Of a DNA stretch of 64,000 nucleotides, positions 23,304-33,587 are shown piece by piece (positions within the stretch are counted from its first letter, which is position 1; the number at the start of each line of letters is the position of its first letter). The notes under the pieces are model-generated. The model was not told the origin of the DNA. It did no database searches and worked only from the letters and a program-made list of their open reading frames with translations. The position numbers and the translations under genes were made by a program. This stretch comes from Bacilli bacterium (GTDB taxonomy: Bacteria > Bacillota_I > Bacilli_A > RFN20 > CAG-826), in the NCBI GenBank assembly GCA_045130875.1, contig JBGUQI010000022.1, positions 22,125-86,124 of the forward strand, in the 5' to 3' direction.

Positions 23304-23315
23304 AACGATTAAAAA

Positions 23316-23340
23316 ACAGTGCATCGCACTGTTTTATTTT
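23316..23340. terminator. rho-independent terminator (bidirectional context)
   Basis: Stem acagtgc/gcactgt flanked by an A6 run and TTTTATTTT. Confidence 0.7.
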
Positions 23341-24208
23341 ATATCATACCCTCTTTTATCTGGTACAAGGCATTGAGCATTTCCACCCAATCCATATAAC
23401 CATTCCAGGTTTTCTTATGACGTTGTTCCATGTGATCATTAATGTATTTGAAACATCTTTCTCTCACATTATCTTTATCAAAGTCTTGGAATATGGAATT
23501 CACAAATTCCTCACCATCAATTCTTCCCTGTTCTGTCATATATTCAAAGTCAGTCTTAGAGAATGAGAAGGGAGAAAATCTATCTGGAAAATTAAGCGAG
23601 ATATCTAAATCCACGATGACTGTTCCTTCTTTAAATTGTTCATACATCCATTCTGGAGGATAGAAACGAGAGAAACAGTGAATGATAATCACCATGTCCG
23701 GATCATAATATGTCGCTGGATAGATTGGTATATTATCAGTGGCGCCTCCATCAAGGCATAAACGCTTAGAGAATCTAAGAGGACCATTGATAATCGGTAA
23801 CGCCATAGAGGCATTAATGCAAGCCTTTAAATCTTTTCTCGGCATATGATTGATGCAGTAATAACCACAATCTAAACCACCCACTCTAGTAACCGTGAGA
23901 TAAGTGGGAACTTTGATATCCGATTCAATTAAATTAAAAGTATCGTTAAAGAGGTCATTCTTGACCTTTTTAATAAAGTGTCTAGTGCTATCGCAGTCGA
24001 GATTTCTAAAAGCTTCAATTAATTGTTTTGTTCTACCGACGCTTGTTGCGTAAGCCGTTAAAGAACCAATCGAAGAAGCAGAAATAACACAGATTCTCTC
24101 TAATCCCACTTTATTGATTAACTCATTGACAAAAGCCACTTGTGCAGCGCCGCGACAAGTGCCTCCAGAGATAATTAAAGCAATCTTTTTAATCTCCTTC
24201 TCCGCCAT
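23339..24208 (-). CDS. patatin-like phospholipase
   Basis: Start chosen at MAEKEIKKIALIISGG. Oxyanion motif GGTCRG, nucleophile elbow ASSIG, catalytic Asp in DGGATDN. Confidence 0.8.
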   Translation of the reverse strand: MAEKEIKKIALIISGGTCRGAAQVAFVNELINKVGLERICVISASSIGSLTAYATSVGRTKQLIEAFRNLDCDSTRHFIKKVKNDLFNDTFNLIESDIKVPTYLTVTRVGGLDCGYYCINHMPRKDLKACINASMALPIINGPLRFSKRLCLDGGATDNIPIYPATYYDPDMVIIIHCFSRFYPPEWMYEQFKEGTVIVDLDISLNFPDRFSPFSFSKTDFEYMTEQGRIDGEEFVNSIFQDFDKDNVRERCFKYINDHMEQRHKKTWNGYMDWVEMLNALYQIKEGMI

Positions 24209-24962
24209 AGAGGTTTTTGACCTTTCGATAGATATAAGCCACGAAGACAACGTTATAATTAATCAAATTGATTAAGGACATACCAAATGAAGCGAATATC
24301 AAGATTTCACTGATGATATATAAAGGAGTCTTTGCTCCACCAGTCCAATCTAGTTGCATGTAATGGAATGGAATATAACTGGCTCCACCTTCCACACAAT
24401 ACTTATTGACCAAGAAGAAGGTGAAGATAATGATTGCCACCAATAAATGGAAGATTAAAAGTAATTCCGTCCAGATAGGTCTTACTTTACTTCTTCTTCT
24501 AATGAAGATGAATATCGTGGACACTAATGTGGTGATTAATAAATAAGCAGGAATCACTATTGTGGGGAAGTACATATTGAGATCAAAGACACCTTTGATG
24601 CGGAACATGCCACAGCATAATAACATCGTACATAGTACGAAGAAATCCACTTTCTCCATCGAGGTGATGATGCTCTTCTTCCTCGTCGTCGCGATATCCA
24701 TAACAGTCAAGGAACTAAAGAGAATGATAAAAGACCATAAAGTGATGGAATAATTAAAATTAAAATACCAATCTACAAAGATGGAGAGAAGGAACAAGTT
24801 GACGACAGAGGCGACGATGATCGTTCTGATTCTCACAGAGAAATCCTGACCGATAGCCACTCTTGTTCTTAAACCATCTAATTGGTCTTCATTGAGATTT
24901 CCACAGTATGGGCAACGGTAGAAATCTTTTCTTGAGATAAATCCACACTTTTCGCACTTCAT
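24189..24962 (-). CDS. zinc-ribbon N-terminal, ~6-TM membrane protein
   Basis: N-terminus MKCEKCGF..CPYCGN, then multiple hydrophobic helices. Overlaps the patatin start by 20 nt. Confidence 0.6.
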   Translation of the reverse strand: MKCEKCGFISRKDFYRCPYCGNLNEDQLDGLRTRVAIGQDFSVRIRTIIVASVVNLFLLSIFVDWYFNFNYSITLWSFIILFSSLTVMDIATTRKKSIITSMEKVDFFVLCTMLLCCGMFRIKGVFDLNMYFPTIVIPAYLLITTLVSTIFIFIRRRSKVRPIWTELLLIFHLLVAIIIFTFFLVNKYCVEGGASYIPFHYMQLDWTGGAKTPLYIISEILIFASFGMSLINLINYNVVFVAYIYRKVKNLYGGEGD

Positions 24963-25061
24963 AATCGTTCCTCGAGATGCTTTCTATATATTTTATAACA
25001 CAAGAATAAATAATAAAACTGCTCTATTGATATAATCAATGCCTTTTACTAAAATAACTTT

Positions 25062-25664
25062 ATGAATTACGAAATCATATTAGCCACCAATAATAAGCAC
25101 AAACTCCAAGAAGTGAGAGAGATTTTATCTCCCCATAAAATCACTGTTTATGGTTTAAATGACCTCAATTTAAAACCTAAAGATGCCGAAGAAAACGCCC
25201 CTGATTATTATGGCAATGCTTTAATCAAAGCTAAGTCAGTGCAGAAACTCACCACTATGCCGATTATCGCTGATGATTCCGGATTAGAAGTTGAAGCCAT
25301 GGATAACCAACCCGGCCTTCATAGTGCCAGATTTGCTTCTGAATGTGGAGGACATCCTCAAGCTATTCAAAAGATATTAGATTATCTAAAAGATAAAAAT
25401 AATAGAAAAGCCAGATTTGTCTGCGACATCGTCTTATTAAATGAAGATCCTAAACCTTTATTATTTGAAGGCATTGTTCCAGGCACAATTGCCACAGAAA
25501 CCCATGGGGACAGCGGCTTTGGTTATGACCCCATCTTCATTTGCGATGAACTTGGAAAAACCTATGCAGAAATGGGACAAAAAGAAAAAAATGCCCACTC
25601 TCATAGGGGCAAAGCATTAAAGAAATTAATCACTTATTTAAAGATTAACGGGAAATGTATTTAA
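25062..25664 (+). CDS. rdgB: non-canonical purine NTP pyrophosphatase (RdgB/HAM1)
   Basis: 200 aa. Motifs ATNNKHKLQE, DDSGLEV, FGYDPIF, SHRGKA. Confidence 0.9.
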   Translation: MNYEIILATNNKHKLQEVREILSPHKITVYGLNDLNLKPKDAEENAPDYYGNALIKAKSVQKLTTMPIIADDSGLEVEAMDNQPGLHSARFASECGGHPQAIQKILDYLKDKNNRKARFVCDIVLLNEDPKPLLFEGIVPGTIATETHGDSGFGYDPIFICDELGKTYAEMGQKEKNAHSHRGKALKKLITYLKINGKCI

Positions 25665-26692
25665 TATCTTTTCTTCGTTAAAACATATGAGAGAATCAAT
25701 CTCATAATTACGAAAGAGACCCCGAGTACGCCGAACACGATGGCAAGAATAAGCGCTACTAAGATGAAGGGGTTTTTTATAAACACTAAATAGATGATTA
25801 AAGCCACTAAAGCGATAACCGCTGAGACAATGATTAAAGCTATAGAAGCCTGCATAGCGTTAAATAACTTGATATAAGTTCTAGAGAACACCACATCTTT
25901 GATGAATGTGGCTTTTTTATTATTAGGATCAAGCGTGGACATTCTATATCTTTGAATCTTCGTGGTGTCTTTTCTTTGATAACCATTGACGATAAGAGGT
26001 TCACCACTTTTACCAAAGTTGACAAGTTTTTGTTCTTTGCCATCCGCGGTAAAGACTGATTTCTTAAAGATTTCCTCTAAGTTCTTAATGGAATTAGAGA
26101 CGATTTCCACCATCTTTTCTTCATTGATTAATGATAATTCATTAACGATTAATCTCTTGATATCGATGACATCTTCCATATTCTTGTAATAGAGTTTTAA
26201 ACAATCGACATCATAGAAATAATCTTTGAAGGTGAGTTTCTTCTCCACACGATACATATATTCATCAGTACATTTACTGAGTTCTAATAAGAAAGCGGAA
26301 TATTCTTTCTCATACTTCTCTTCTCTAAATTGTTCCACGTCCATAAGAAGCAATTCTTTGGCTTCTTTAAAACGATTTCTTCTTAAAGAAGATAAATAGG
26401 ATAAGGCTAATAATCTTCCCATCCTCGCCGCACTATTGGAGAATTCTAATTCTAAAATATAGGCATAGATGCCATAGGCTCTTTTCGCATCACCGACATT
26501 TCTTAAGAAATAAGATGCTCTCTTTAGATATCTCGCTAATACTCTATTGTAGTTATTGATTGCAACTTTAGGACGATATCTCTTACCACAATGTGGGCAG
26601 TGACAATAACTTGTTGAAGGGTTGACATCAAAAATACGACGAGTCTCATCGTTTTTATTACAATTCGTACAATAGCCTTTCTTTAATGCCAT
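25661..26692 (-). CDS. zinc-ribbon protein with helical repeat region and two C-terminal TM helices
   Basis: Start at MALKKGYCTNC (26692), 1 nt after the mtaD stop. Zinc motifs CTNC...CPHCG. Hydrophobic C-terminus. Confidence 0.55.
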   Translation of the reverse strand: MALKKGYCTNCNKNDETRRIFDVNPSTSYCHCPHCGKRYRPKVAINNYNRVLARYLKRASYFLRNVGDAKRAYGIYAYILELEFSNSAARMGRLLALSYLSSLRRNRFKEAKELLLMDVEQFREEKYEKEYSAFLLELSKCTDEYMYRVEKKLTFKDYFYDVDCLKLYYKNMEDVIDIKRLIVNELSLINEEKMVEIVSNSIKNLEEIFKKSVFTADGKEQKLVNFGKSGEPLIVNGYQRKDTTKIQRYRMSTLDPNNKKATFIKDVVFSRTYIKLFNAMQASIALIIVSAVIALVALIIYLVFIKNPFILVALILAIVFGVLGVSFVIMRLILSYVLTKKRY

Positions 26693-26693
26693 A

Positions 26694-27965
26694 TTAGAAT
26701 AACTTATCAATCCTTTCGACAATCTTCTGACATTTCTTATAGATTGTGGACGGCTTTTCTTTTAGATAGAACTTGCCATTCATATATAGAATTTTACCAT
26801 TAATCATCGTCATTTTAATATTATCTTTAGAACCACTATAGACAATATTAGTAATAATATTGTTTAAAGGTTGCATATTAGGACGAGATAAATCGATTTC
26901 GATAATATCAGCTTTCTTACCAACTTCTAAGATATCCGCATTATCTAATCCCATCGCTTTCGCCCCATTCACTGTCGCCATCTTTAAAACTTCAAAAGCG
27001 GGAATCGCTTTAGGATCTTTTAAAGATACTTTCTGTAAAGAATAGACCAAAGTCATCTCTTTAAACATATCTAAAGAATTATTGCTTGCGGGACCGTCTG
27101 TACCAATTGCGACATTCAAACCTCTTTCTAAATATTTAGAAATAGGAGCGATACCACTTGCTAATTTTGTATTGCTACCAGGACAGGTCACCACTGTACA
27201 ATTATGCTTTTTGAATAATTCGATATCTTCATCATTGAAATAACAGCAATGATAACCACCACCGCCAAAATCATAAGCTCCTGCTTTTTCAAAGAAAGCA
27301 ACTGGAGTCATCCCTCTTTTAGCGATACATTCATCAACTTCGCTTTGTGTTTCAGAAATATGCACAAAGAAAGGAGCATTTAATCTATGAGTGGCTTCAA
27401 GTACTCTATCTAATTCACCTTCCTCTAAAGTGTATTCCGCATGAACACCGATACAATATTTTACTAATCCATCAGTGTCATTTAATAAATGATAGAACTT
27501 ACATAAATCATCCACACTGGTGTCTTTATTGTATGTGCCTAATAAAACAATACGCATACCCATCTCTTCCGCAGCTTTTGCGCTCATGAGAGGATGATAA
27601 TATTGATCAAAACAAGCGGTAATACCAGAGGTAAGATATTCTAGATAAGCGATTTTCGCTAATTGATAGACATCAGTTTTTCTTAACTTCTCTTCTCTAG
27701 GAAGAACAGTTTTAAATAGCCAATCATGGAGTGATTCATCATCCGCTTTAGAGCGTAAGAAAGTCATCGCGCTATGCGTATGAGCGTTCTTAAATCCCGG
27801 CATGATGACATTACCCTTACAATCATGGATGATATCAAAAGGACCAAATGACTCATAATCATCACCGATATAAGCAATATGATCATCGATAATGACCATA
27901 GATGAGAAGATAATATTCTCATCGGTCATTTTTAATATTCTGGCGTTTTTTAATAGGGTTCTCAT
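26694..27965 (-). CDS. mtaD: amidohydrolase, MTA/SAH deaminase-like
   Basis: 423 aa. Metal-binding motif PGFKNAHTHSAM, plus HISE and GTDG motifs. Confidence 0.75.
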   Translation of the reverse strand: MRTLLKNARILKMTDENIIFSSMVIIDDHIAYIGDDYESFGPFDIIHDCKGNVIMPGFKNAHTHSAMTFLRSKADDESLHDWLFKTVLPREEKLRKTDVYQLAKIAYLEYLTSGITACFDQYYHPLMSAKAAEEMGMRIVLLGTYNKDTSVDDLCKFYHLLNDTDGLVKYCIGVHAEYTLEEGELDRVLEATHRLNAPFFVHISETQSEVDECIAKRGMTPVAFFEKAGAYDFGGGGYHCCYFNDEDIELFKKHNCTVVTCPGSNTKLASGIAPISKYLERGLNVAIGTDGPASNNSLDMFKEMTLVYSLQKVSLKDPKAIPAFEVLKMATVNGAKAMGLDNADILEVGKKADIIEIDLSRPNMQPLNNIITNIVYSGSKDNIKMTMINGKILYMNGKFYLKEKPSTIYKKCQKIVERIDKLF

Positions 27966-28103
27966 ATCTTTATTTATTATAAATAATCGCTGTCATTAAT
28001 CAAAAACTTTTCATCGAAAATACCGATAAAAATATTAATTTATATAATTAAACATTGTAAAAAGTTCATAAATAATAAAGAATTATTATAGTCAAATTTG
28101 CTT

Positions 28104-29801
28104 ATGAAAGTTGCTGTATTAAAACACACTAGAAGAAAAGTCATATGGCCATGGGCTGTTCTTATCACTTTGTTATTAGTGATCGCTATTCCTATTGGAT
28201 TAACATATGGTCTTTTTTATGATGATGCCTCTAAAGACATCACCATCCAACCTGCGGGCAACGCAAACAATATCGGAAACCGCATCACTGTCGATTCCTT
28301 AGATGGAACCGTCGAAGAACATAAAATCCGCGCTCTTCTCACTGAGAATGACGTCGATAATATGATCTACTATGGCTTAAATGATTCTGGATGGGAATCC
28401 AAGATCGTCAAGAAGGCCTATGTCGTTGTCGCCGGTAATCGTTATAAATTCTATGCTGATATCAGCATGGACTTCTTCAAGACCAGAATTAGATTCGACA
28501 CTATCTTGCAAGAAAATAACGATCGTTCTAAATTCGTCTTTAGAGTCCAAGAAATCACCATCGGTCGTGTCGGTGGATTTAAGGAATTATCCAAATCTGT
28601 CGCTGCCCCATTCATTAATGAAAACAGTGTTAATAACTTCTTAGCGAAGACCAATATCTCCATCAAATACGATGAGAAGAATCAGATGTTTATCTATGAT
28701 AAATATGATTTATACGCCGATATGTGTCGCCTTAACTCCAGTGAGAATGTCGACTTATATCTCGATATCGTTAAAACGATGGCCAAAGATAATGAAACAG
28801 TCTATAACTTCAACAATGACTATTTCATGGATGCCACAATCAATTTGGAACCATTAACCACTAATGGATTAGTGACTGATGCGCCAAATCAAAAACTCGT
28901 CGAAGCCGAAGAGGTTGTCGAAAGATGCCAAAAACCCCTTATCAAATTAGTGGAAGGTGGAACATTCAATCCCAGTTATATTGAACCACGTATCGTCTTC
29001 AATTATCTCTTCTCAGGTTGGGATGCCACTTCTGCGGAAGATAAAGTCTATATTGAACAAATCAATATGTCCTCTATCGGAATCAATGATAAGACCGCTT
29101 ATAAGGGATTCGATTTATATGATGAAAACGCTAGTTTACAAGAAGCTCTCGTAGATAATGCTTATATCGATAATCTCGTCAGTGGTAACCAAGCCATCAA
29201 TAAAGATGTCACATATTTAAATGAAGACACCATTAATAATTATCTCAAAGGTCGTAATATCGTGGGCTACACCACTTTATTAAAGAGATGGAATGGCACT
29301 CATTATAAAGCTAACTTCGTCACCATCGATAACTTCTACTGCAATATCTATGGTAACGATACGCAGAGAATCATCGAATTCGTCGCTAAATTCAATGTCA
29401 ATGGTTATCACACCTCTATGACATTCGCGACAAGCGCCCAAGAGATGAGAGTGCAAGATAGAAACGTCTACTTCACCATCGATGAAATCAAATATGGTTC
29501 CAAAGATGCCGCTAATATGAAGGATGACTTCTTCAAACTCTTATCCGATGCCTTAAGAGATGGCGATGGCGCAATGATCGCAGTCGAAAACGATCACACT
29601 ATCAGATTCAATCTCATGGAAAGTTTAAAGACCATCCAAAAAGATTGTGAAGACCAAGCTAAAGAAAATGCCGGTGGATATCAAACTTATGATTTCACCA
29701 ATTACTTTATCGATAATAACCTAGAATATACATGTCTAGGTGAAAACCGTGACGCTAATGGAGCGTTACTCATTAGATTAAAAGAAGGTATTTCTTTATA
29801 G
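28104..29801 (+). CDS. membrane-anchored hypothetical protein (565 aa)
   Basis: ATG at 28104 (an alternative TTG is at 28098). Single N-terminal TM helix followed by a large extracytoplasmic region. No family assigned. Confidence 0.6.
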   Translation: MKVAVLKHTRRKVIWPWAVLITLLLVIAIPIGLTYGLFYDDASKDITIQPAGNANNIGNRITVDSLDGTVEEHKIRALLTENDVDNMIYYGLNDSGWESKIVKKAYVVVAGNRYKFYADISMDFFKTRIRFDTILQENNDRSKFVFRVQEITIGRVGGFKELSKSVAAPFINENSVNNFLAKTNISIKYDEKNQMFIYDKYDLYADMCRLNSSENVDLYLDIVKTMAKDNETVYNFNNDYFMDATINLEPLTTNGLVTDAPNQKLVEAEEVVERCQKPLIKLVEGGTFNPSYIEPRIVFNYLFSGWDATSAEDKVYIEQINMSSIGINDKTAYKGFDLYDENASLQEALVDNAYIDNLVSGNQAINKDVTYLNEDTINNYLKGRNIVGYTTLLKRWNGTHYKANFVTIDNFYCNIYGNDTQRIIEFVAKFNVNGYHTSMTFATSAQEMRVQDRNVYFTIDEIKYGSKDAANMKDDFFKLLSDALRDGDGAMIAVENDHTIRFNLMESLKTIQKDCEDQAKENAGGYQTYDFTNYFIDNNLEYTCLGENRDANGALLIRLKEGISL

Positions 29802-29825
29802 AAATATCGTTAAAGCGAAGACGGA

Positions 29826-30069
29826 GAATAGTAAATAGAATTCTTCTTTATAGAGAGTATCCGGTTGGTGGAAGGATATAAGAAGAGCTATCGAATACAC
29901 TCCTGAGCTGCTACCTGAAATATCAGTAGGGATAGACGGGTCCGCCCGATAACGCGGGATGTGCGTTGCACACATAAAGGGATAGGCTGTGAAGCTTATC
30001 TAAAATGAGGTGGTACCACGATGATTAATCGTCCTCTGTTCATTATTTTTGAATAGAGGATTTTATTTT
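29826..30069 (+). promoter_or_regulatory. T-box leader (tyrosine specifier) with terminator
   Basis: T-box sequence AATGAGGTGGTACCACG at 30004-30020. GAA-UAC-A specifier context at 29893-29899. AGAGAG and GGTGGAA stem I elements. Terminator stem cctctgttca/tgaatagagg followed by a T-run. It lies directly upstream of tyrS. Confidence 0.85.
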
Positions 30070-30086
30070 ATAAAGGAGAATGAATT

Positions 30087-31304
30087 ATGGGAATTTATGA
30101 AGAACTACAAGAGAGAGGCTTATTAGCCCAAGTTACAGATGAACATGAAATCAGAGAACTCATCAATAACGGCAAAGCCACATTCTATATCGGTTTTGAC
30201 TGCACCGCAGATTCTTTGACAGCTGGTCATTTTATGACTCTCGTCTTGATGAAGAGACTCCAACAAGCAGGTAATAGACCCATCGCCCTTATCGGAGGAG
30301 GCACCACAATGATCGGTGATCCTTCTGGTAGAAGCGATATGAGAAAGATGCTCACCATCGAAGATATTAGACATAACGCGGAATGTTTTAAAAAGCAGAT
30401 GGAAAACTTCATCGAATTCGGTGAAGGTAAAGCCATGATGGTCAATAATGCTGACTGGTTATTAAAACTCAACTATGTCGATTTATTAAGAGAAGTCGGA
30501 GCCTGTTTCTCTGTCAATAAGATGCTCACCGCAGAATGCTATAAGCAGAGAATGGAGAAAGGTTTATCCTTCTTAGAATTCAACTATATGATTATGCAAT
30601 CATATGATTTCTATCACTTATATAAAGAATATAACTGCCAATTACAATTCGGTGGCGATGACCAATGGAGCAATATGCTCGGTGGTACCGAACTTATTAG
30701 AAGAAAATTAGGTAAAGATGCCTATGCTTTAACCATTACCTTGTTAACTGATTCCAATGGTATGAAGATGGGTAAGACCGCCGGTAACGCAGTGTGGTTA
30801 GATGCAAATAAGACATCTCCATTTGATTTCTATCAATACTGGAGAAATGTCGGTGATGCGGATGTCATGAAATGCTTAAAGATGCTCACCTTCATTCCTC
30901 TTGAACAATTAAAAGAGATGGAAAAATGGGATGACTCTCGTATTAACGAGAAGAAGATGATTCTCGCTCACGAATTAACCGAAATGGTTCACGGTAAAGA
31001 AGAAGCCGATAAAGCGGAAGCTGCGGCAAAAGCTTTATTCTCTGGCGAAGGCGATGATGAGAATATGCCCACGACCGTCTTAGAAGGGGTTCCTGAAGAA
31101 GGTATCCAATTATTAGATGCGATGATGACCGCAAACCTCATCCCCAGTAAAGGTGAAGGAAGAAGACTTATCGAACAAGGCGGCGTCTCCGTAAACGGAG
31201 AGAAAGTCACCTATGTCTACACTCTTCTCACAAAACCGATGTTGAAAAAAGGTGTGGTCATTAAAAAAGGCAAGAAAGTCTTCCACAAAGTGACGATTGA
31301 ATAA
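30087..31304 (+). CDS. tyrS: tyrosine--tRNA ligase
   Basis: 405 aa. HIGH-type motif (LTAGH), KMGKT (KMSKS class), C-terminal S4-like domain. Confidence 0.95.
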   Translation: MGIYEELQERGLLAQVTDEHEIRELINNGKATFYIGFDCTADSLTAGHFMTLVLMKRLQQAGNRPIALIGGGTTMIGDPSGRSDMRKMLTIEDIRHNAECFKKQMENFIEFGEGKAMMVNNADWLLKLNYVDLLREVGACFSVNKMLTAECYKQRMEKGLSFLEFNYMIMQSYDFYHLYKEYNCQLQFGGDDQWSNMLGGTELIRRKLGKDAYALTITLLTDSNGMKMGKTAGNAVWLDANKTSPFDFYQYWRNVGDADVMKCLKMLTFIPLEQLKEMEKWDDSRINEKKMILAHELTEMVHGKEEADKAEAAAKALFSGEGDDENMPTTVLEGVPEEGIQLLDAMMTANLIPSKGEGRRLIEQGGVSVNGEKVTYVYTLLTKPMLKKGVVIKKGKKVFHKVTIE

Positions 31305-31322
31305 TCATACCAATATTAAAAG

Positions 31323-31346
31323 AATAGGCCTCATGCCTATTTTTTA
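31323..31346. terminator. rho-independent terminator
   Basis: Stem aataggc/gcctatt followed by a T6 run. Confidence 0.65.
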
Positions 31347-31377
31347 TTAAAAATAAAAGTGCGGTCACCCACACTCA

Positions 31378-32445
31378 TTAAATACTCTTCGCGACTTTTT
31401 CAGCGCTCGCTAAGGCCCACATGATGTTAAAGCCTCCACAAACCGCATCAATATCGATAACTTCACCGATGAAATAGATATGGGGATTCTTTTTACTCGA
31501 TAAATCTTCATTTAATTCCGAGATTAAAAGACCACCACTAGTTACTTGGCTATTGTCATATCCATAGAAATCCTTAAAGGTAAAAACAGTATTATGGATA
31601 TTTAATTTATTTCTTAATAAATAATCCGCGATCTTAGGATTCACTAAAGCATCATATTCCCCATCGATCCCTTTGGCAAAATCGATATGGATGGTAACAT
31701 CCTTAAAGTTATTTAAGCGGTTGATGAAATGAGTCATATTAAATATGACCATTCCACTTAAACCATCTTTCTTAAATAATAATTCTCCATCCTCACTATG
31801 GATGAGTTTCTTTCCTTGATATAAAGATGCAGATACTTTCGCTCTATAGCCATCCACCATCTTGGTGTTTTCTTTTGTTTTAATTGGACATAAAGAAGGA
31901 TGTGGTTCTCTTAGTTCATAGCCACGATCAAGTAAAGCATTCCATAATCCCCCATTTGAGCCGAGTTTAGGAGAGGATTTTCCACCCACTGAAATAATTA
32001 GTGAGTCATATCTTAAAGTCCCTAAAACGGTCAATAAATGGGTATTATTAAAGTCCATGACTTCATAATTAGTCATCACTTCGATATTTAATTCTTCAAT
32101 TCTTCTAAGAAGCTTATTCGCCACTGTCTCCGCGGATTCGCTATAAGGATATATCAAATCACCAATGGCTTTACTCTTAATTCCTAAGCCATCGAAATAA
32201 TTAACGATATCTTCCGCTTTAAAGTCATTGATGATACTCAAAGCAAATTCTTCATGGTTATATCTATTCTTTAAAGAACCGATATTCGCGAAATTGCATT
32301 TCCCATTTCCGGTCGCATAGATCTTCTTTAATAACTTATCGTTATGCTCAACGATAGTCACCTTATAACCAGGGTGAAGTTCTTTCACTCTAATCGCCGC
32401 GAAACAGCCGGCGATACCACCACCGAGAATGACCACTCTTTTCAT
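31378..32445 (-). CDS. FAD-dependent oxidoreductase, HI0933/BaiN-like family
   Basis: Start at MKRVVILGGGIAGCFAA (32445), 1 nt after the upstream stop. C-terminus GEVIDIDAVCGGFN is typical of the family. Confidence 0.7.
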   Translation of the reverse strand: MKRVVILGGGIAGCFAAIRVKELHPGYKVTIVEHNDKLLKKIYATGNGKCNFANIGSLKNRYNHEEFALSIINDFKAEDIVNYFDGLGIKSKAIGDLIYPYSESAETVANKLLRRIEELNIEVMTNYEVMDFNNTHLLTVLGTLRYDSLIISVGGKSSPKLGSNGGLWNALLDRGYELREPHPSLCPIKTKENTKMVDGYRAKVSASLYQGKKLIHSEDGELLFKKDGLSGMVIFNMTHFINRLNNFKDVTIHIDFAKGIDGEYDALVNPKIADYLLRNKLNIHNTVFTFKDFYGYDNSQVTSGGLLISELNEDLSSKKNPHIYFIGEVIDIDAVCGGFNIMWALASAEKVAKSI

Positions 32446-32446
32446 C

Positions 32447-33160
32447 TTATCTCTCTCCATAGGTGATATTAACGGATAATACCGGTTCATCACCTAAAGT
32501 AAATCTGATGACTTCCGGATTATTATCATCACTATATAATGATAAAATATCATTATCTTTTACTTCTTTATCATAATTAATCAAGAAGTGTTTAATCACG
32601 TGTTTCTTATAGAATTCACTATCGTGTAGATCGATGATGAAATCGATATATTTAGTGTTATTAAAATGACCATTTAAATCGACATCGGAGTATCTTACCA
32701 TTCTCTTCTCTTTTAAAGAGACATTCCCCTCTTTACATTTTGGAGGTAATGGTAATTCTCCCTCATGATGTTCCACAGGAAATTTCCTTCCGGGGAAAGG
32801 ATTTAAAGATACTTTATGAGTATTCTTATCTAAGACCGCCCAAGAGGATGAGGCCTTGATGATTAATTCACCATTCTCATCATATAATTCAAAATAACGA
32901 GGGAAGATAAATCTTAAATCATCACCAGGATATGTCCCTAAAGTGACCTTGCTTAAATATTTGGGCATTCTCACGATATCGATATCAAATCGAGTGATGA
33001 CCCAAAATAAACCTTTATCTAAGGTATTAGCTTTACCGATATCAAACTCTTCCGCTTGTTCAGTCGCGATGTCTTGCATCATTCTAAAAAATGATGGTAA
33101 CTTCAATTCTAAAAACTGATCGACATCATTGCTTCCGATAAAATACTCTTTCTTATACAT
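32447..33160 (-). CDS. acyl-ACP thioesterase
   Basis: 237 aa double hot-dog pattern: N-terminal ...SNDVD.. and second-half RYSDVDLNGHFNNTKY. Confidence 0.7.
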   Translation of the reverse strand: MYKKEYFIGSNDVDQFLELKLPSFFRMMQDIATEQAEEFDIGKANTLDKGLFWVITRFDIDIVRMPKYLSKVTLGTYPGDDLRFIFPRYFELYDENGELIIKASSSWAVLDKNTHKVSLNPFPGRKFPVEHHEGELPLPPKCKEGNVSLKEKRMVRYSDVDLNGHFNNTKYIDFIIDLHDSEFYKKHVIKHFLINYDKEVKDNDILSLYSDDNNPEVIRFTLGDEPVLSVNITYGER

Positions 33161-33198
33161 ACCATAGATTATAGTAGTTTCTTTAAGAAAAAGAAATG

Positions 33199-33432
33199 TT
33201 AGAACGCGCTGACACGATTGATACGGAATCTATTATTGTAATTTAAAACATATTCGACATTGTGCTTGTCGCCATTGATTTCATATTCATCTTCAACTTG
33301 TAGTTCAGCATTATATAGATGTCTTTCAAAATAGACAAACGCGTAATTGATTGCCTGATTTCTGGTATTGAATTTTTTATTGATCATAACGGTGTCCCCG
33401 TTATTGATTGTTTCTAAAGTGTAATATTTCAT
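33199..33432 (-). CDS. small hypothetical protein (77 aa)
   Basis: ORF with SD GAAGGAGGT. Candidate promoter TTGACT-16-TAATAT upstream. Confidence 0.5.
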   Translation of the reverse strand: MKYYTLETINNGDTVMINKKFNTRNQAINYAFVYFERHLYNAELQVEDEYEINGDKHNVEYVLNYNNRFRINRVSAF

Positions 33433-33540
33433 ATACGAGTACCTCCTTCAAGCCTTTTAACGTCATGCCGGGGACGGGGCACTCATAATGAAGAATATTA
33501 TATTAGTCCTTTTTAAAAATAAGTCAATAGCGGATAAAAT

Positions 33541-33562
33541 AAAATGATACACTATGTGTATC
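33541..33562 (-). terminator. rho-independent terminator after the esterase gene
   Basis: Stem gatacac/gtgtatc followed by a T-rich run on the minus strand. Confidence 0.55.
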
Positions 33563-33587
33563 AAATTATTTGCTATAAAAAAATTTT

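Noticed and set aside
33433-33500. GC-rich patch (gccggggacggggc) in the leader of the 77-aa ORF, considered as a possible small riboswitch (guanidine or preQ1-like).
   Set aside because: Only a 4-bp stem can be drawn. No ACGR tetraloop hairpin pair or other known riboswitch consensus fits.
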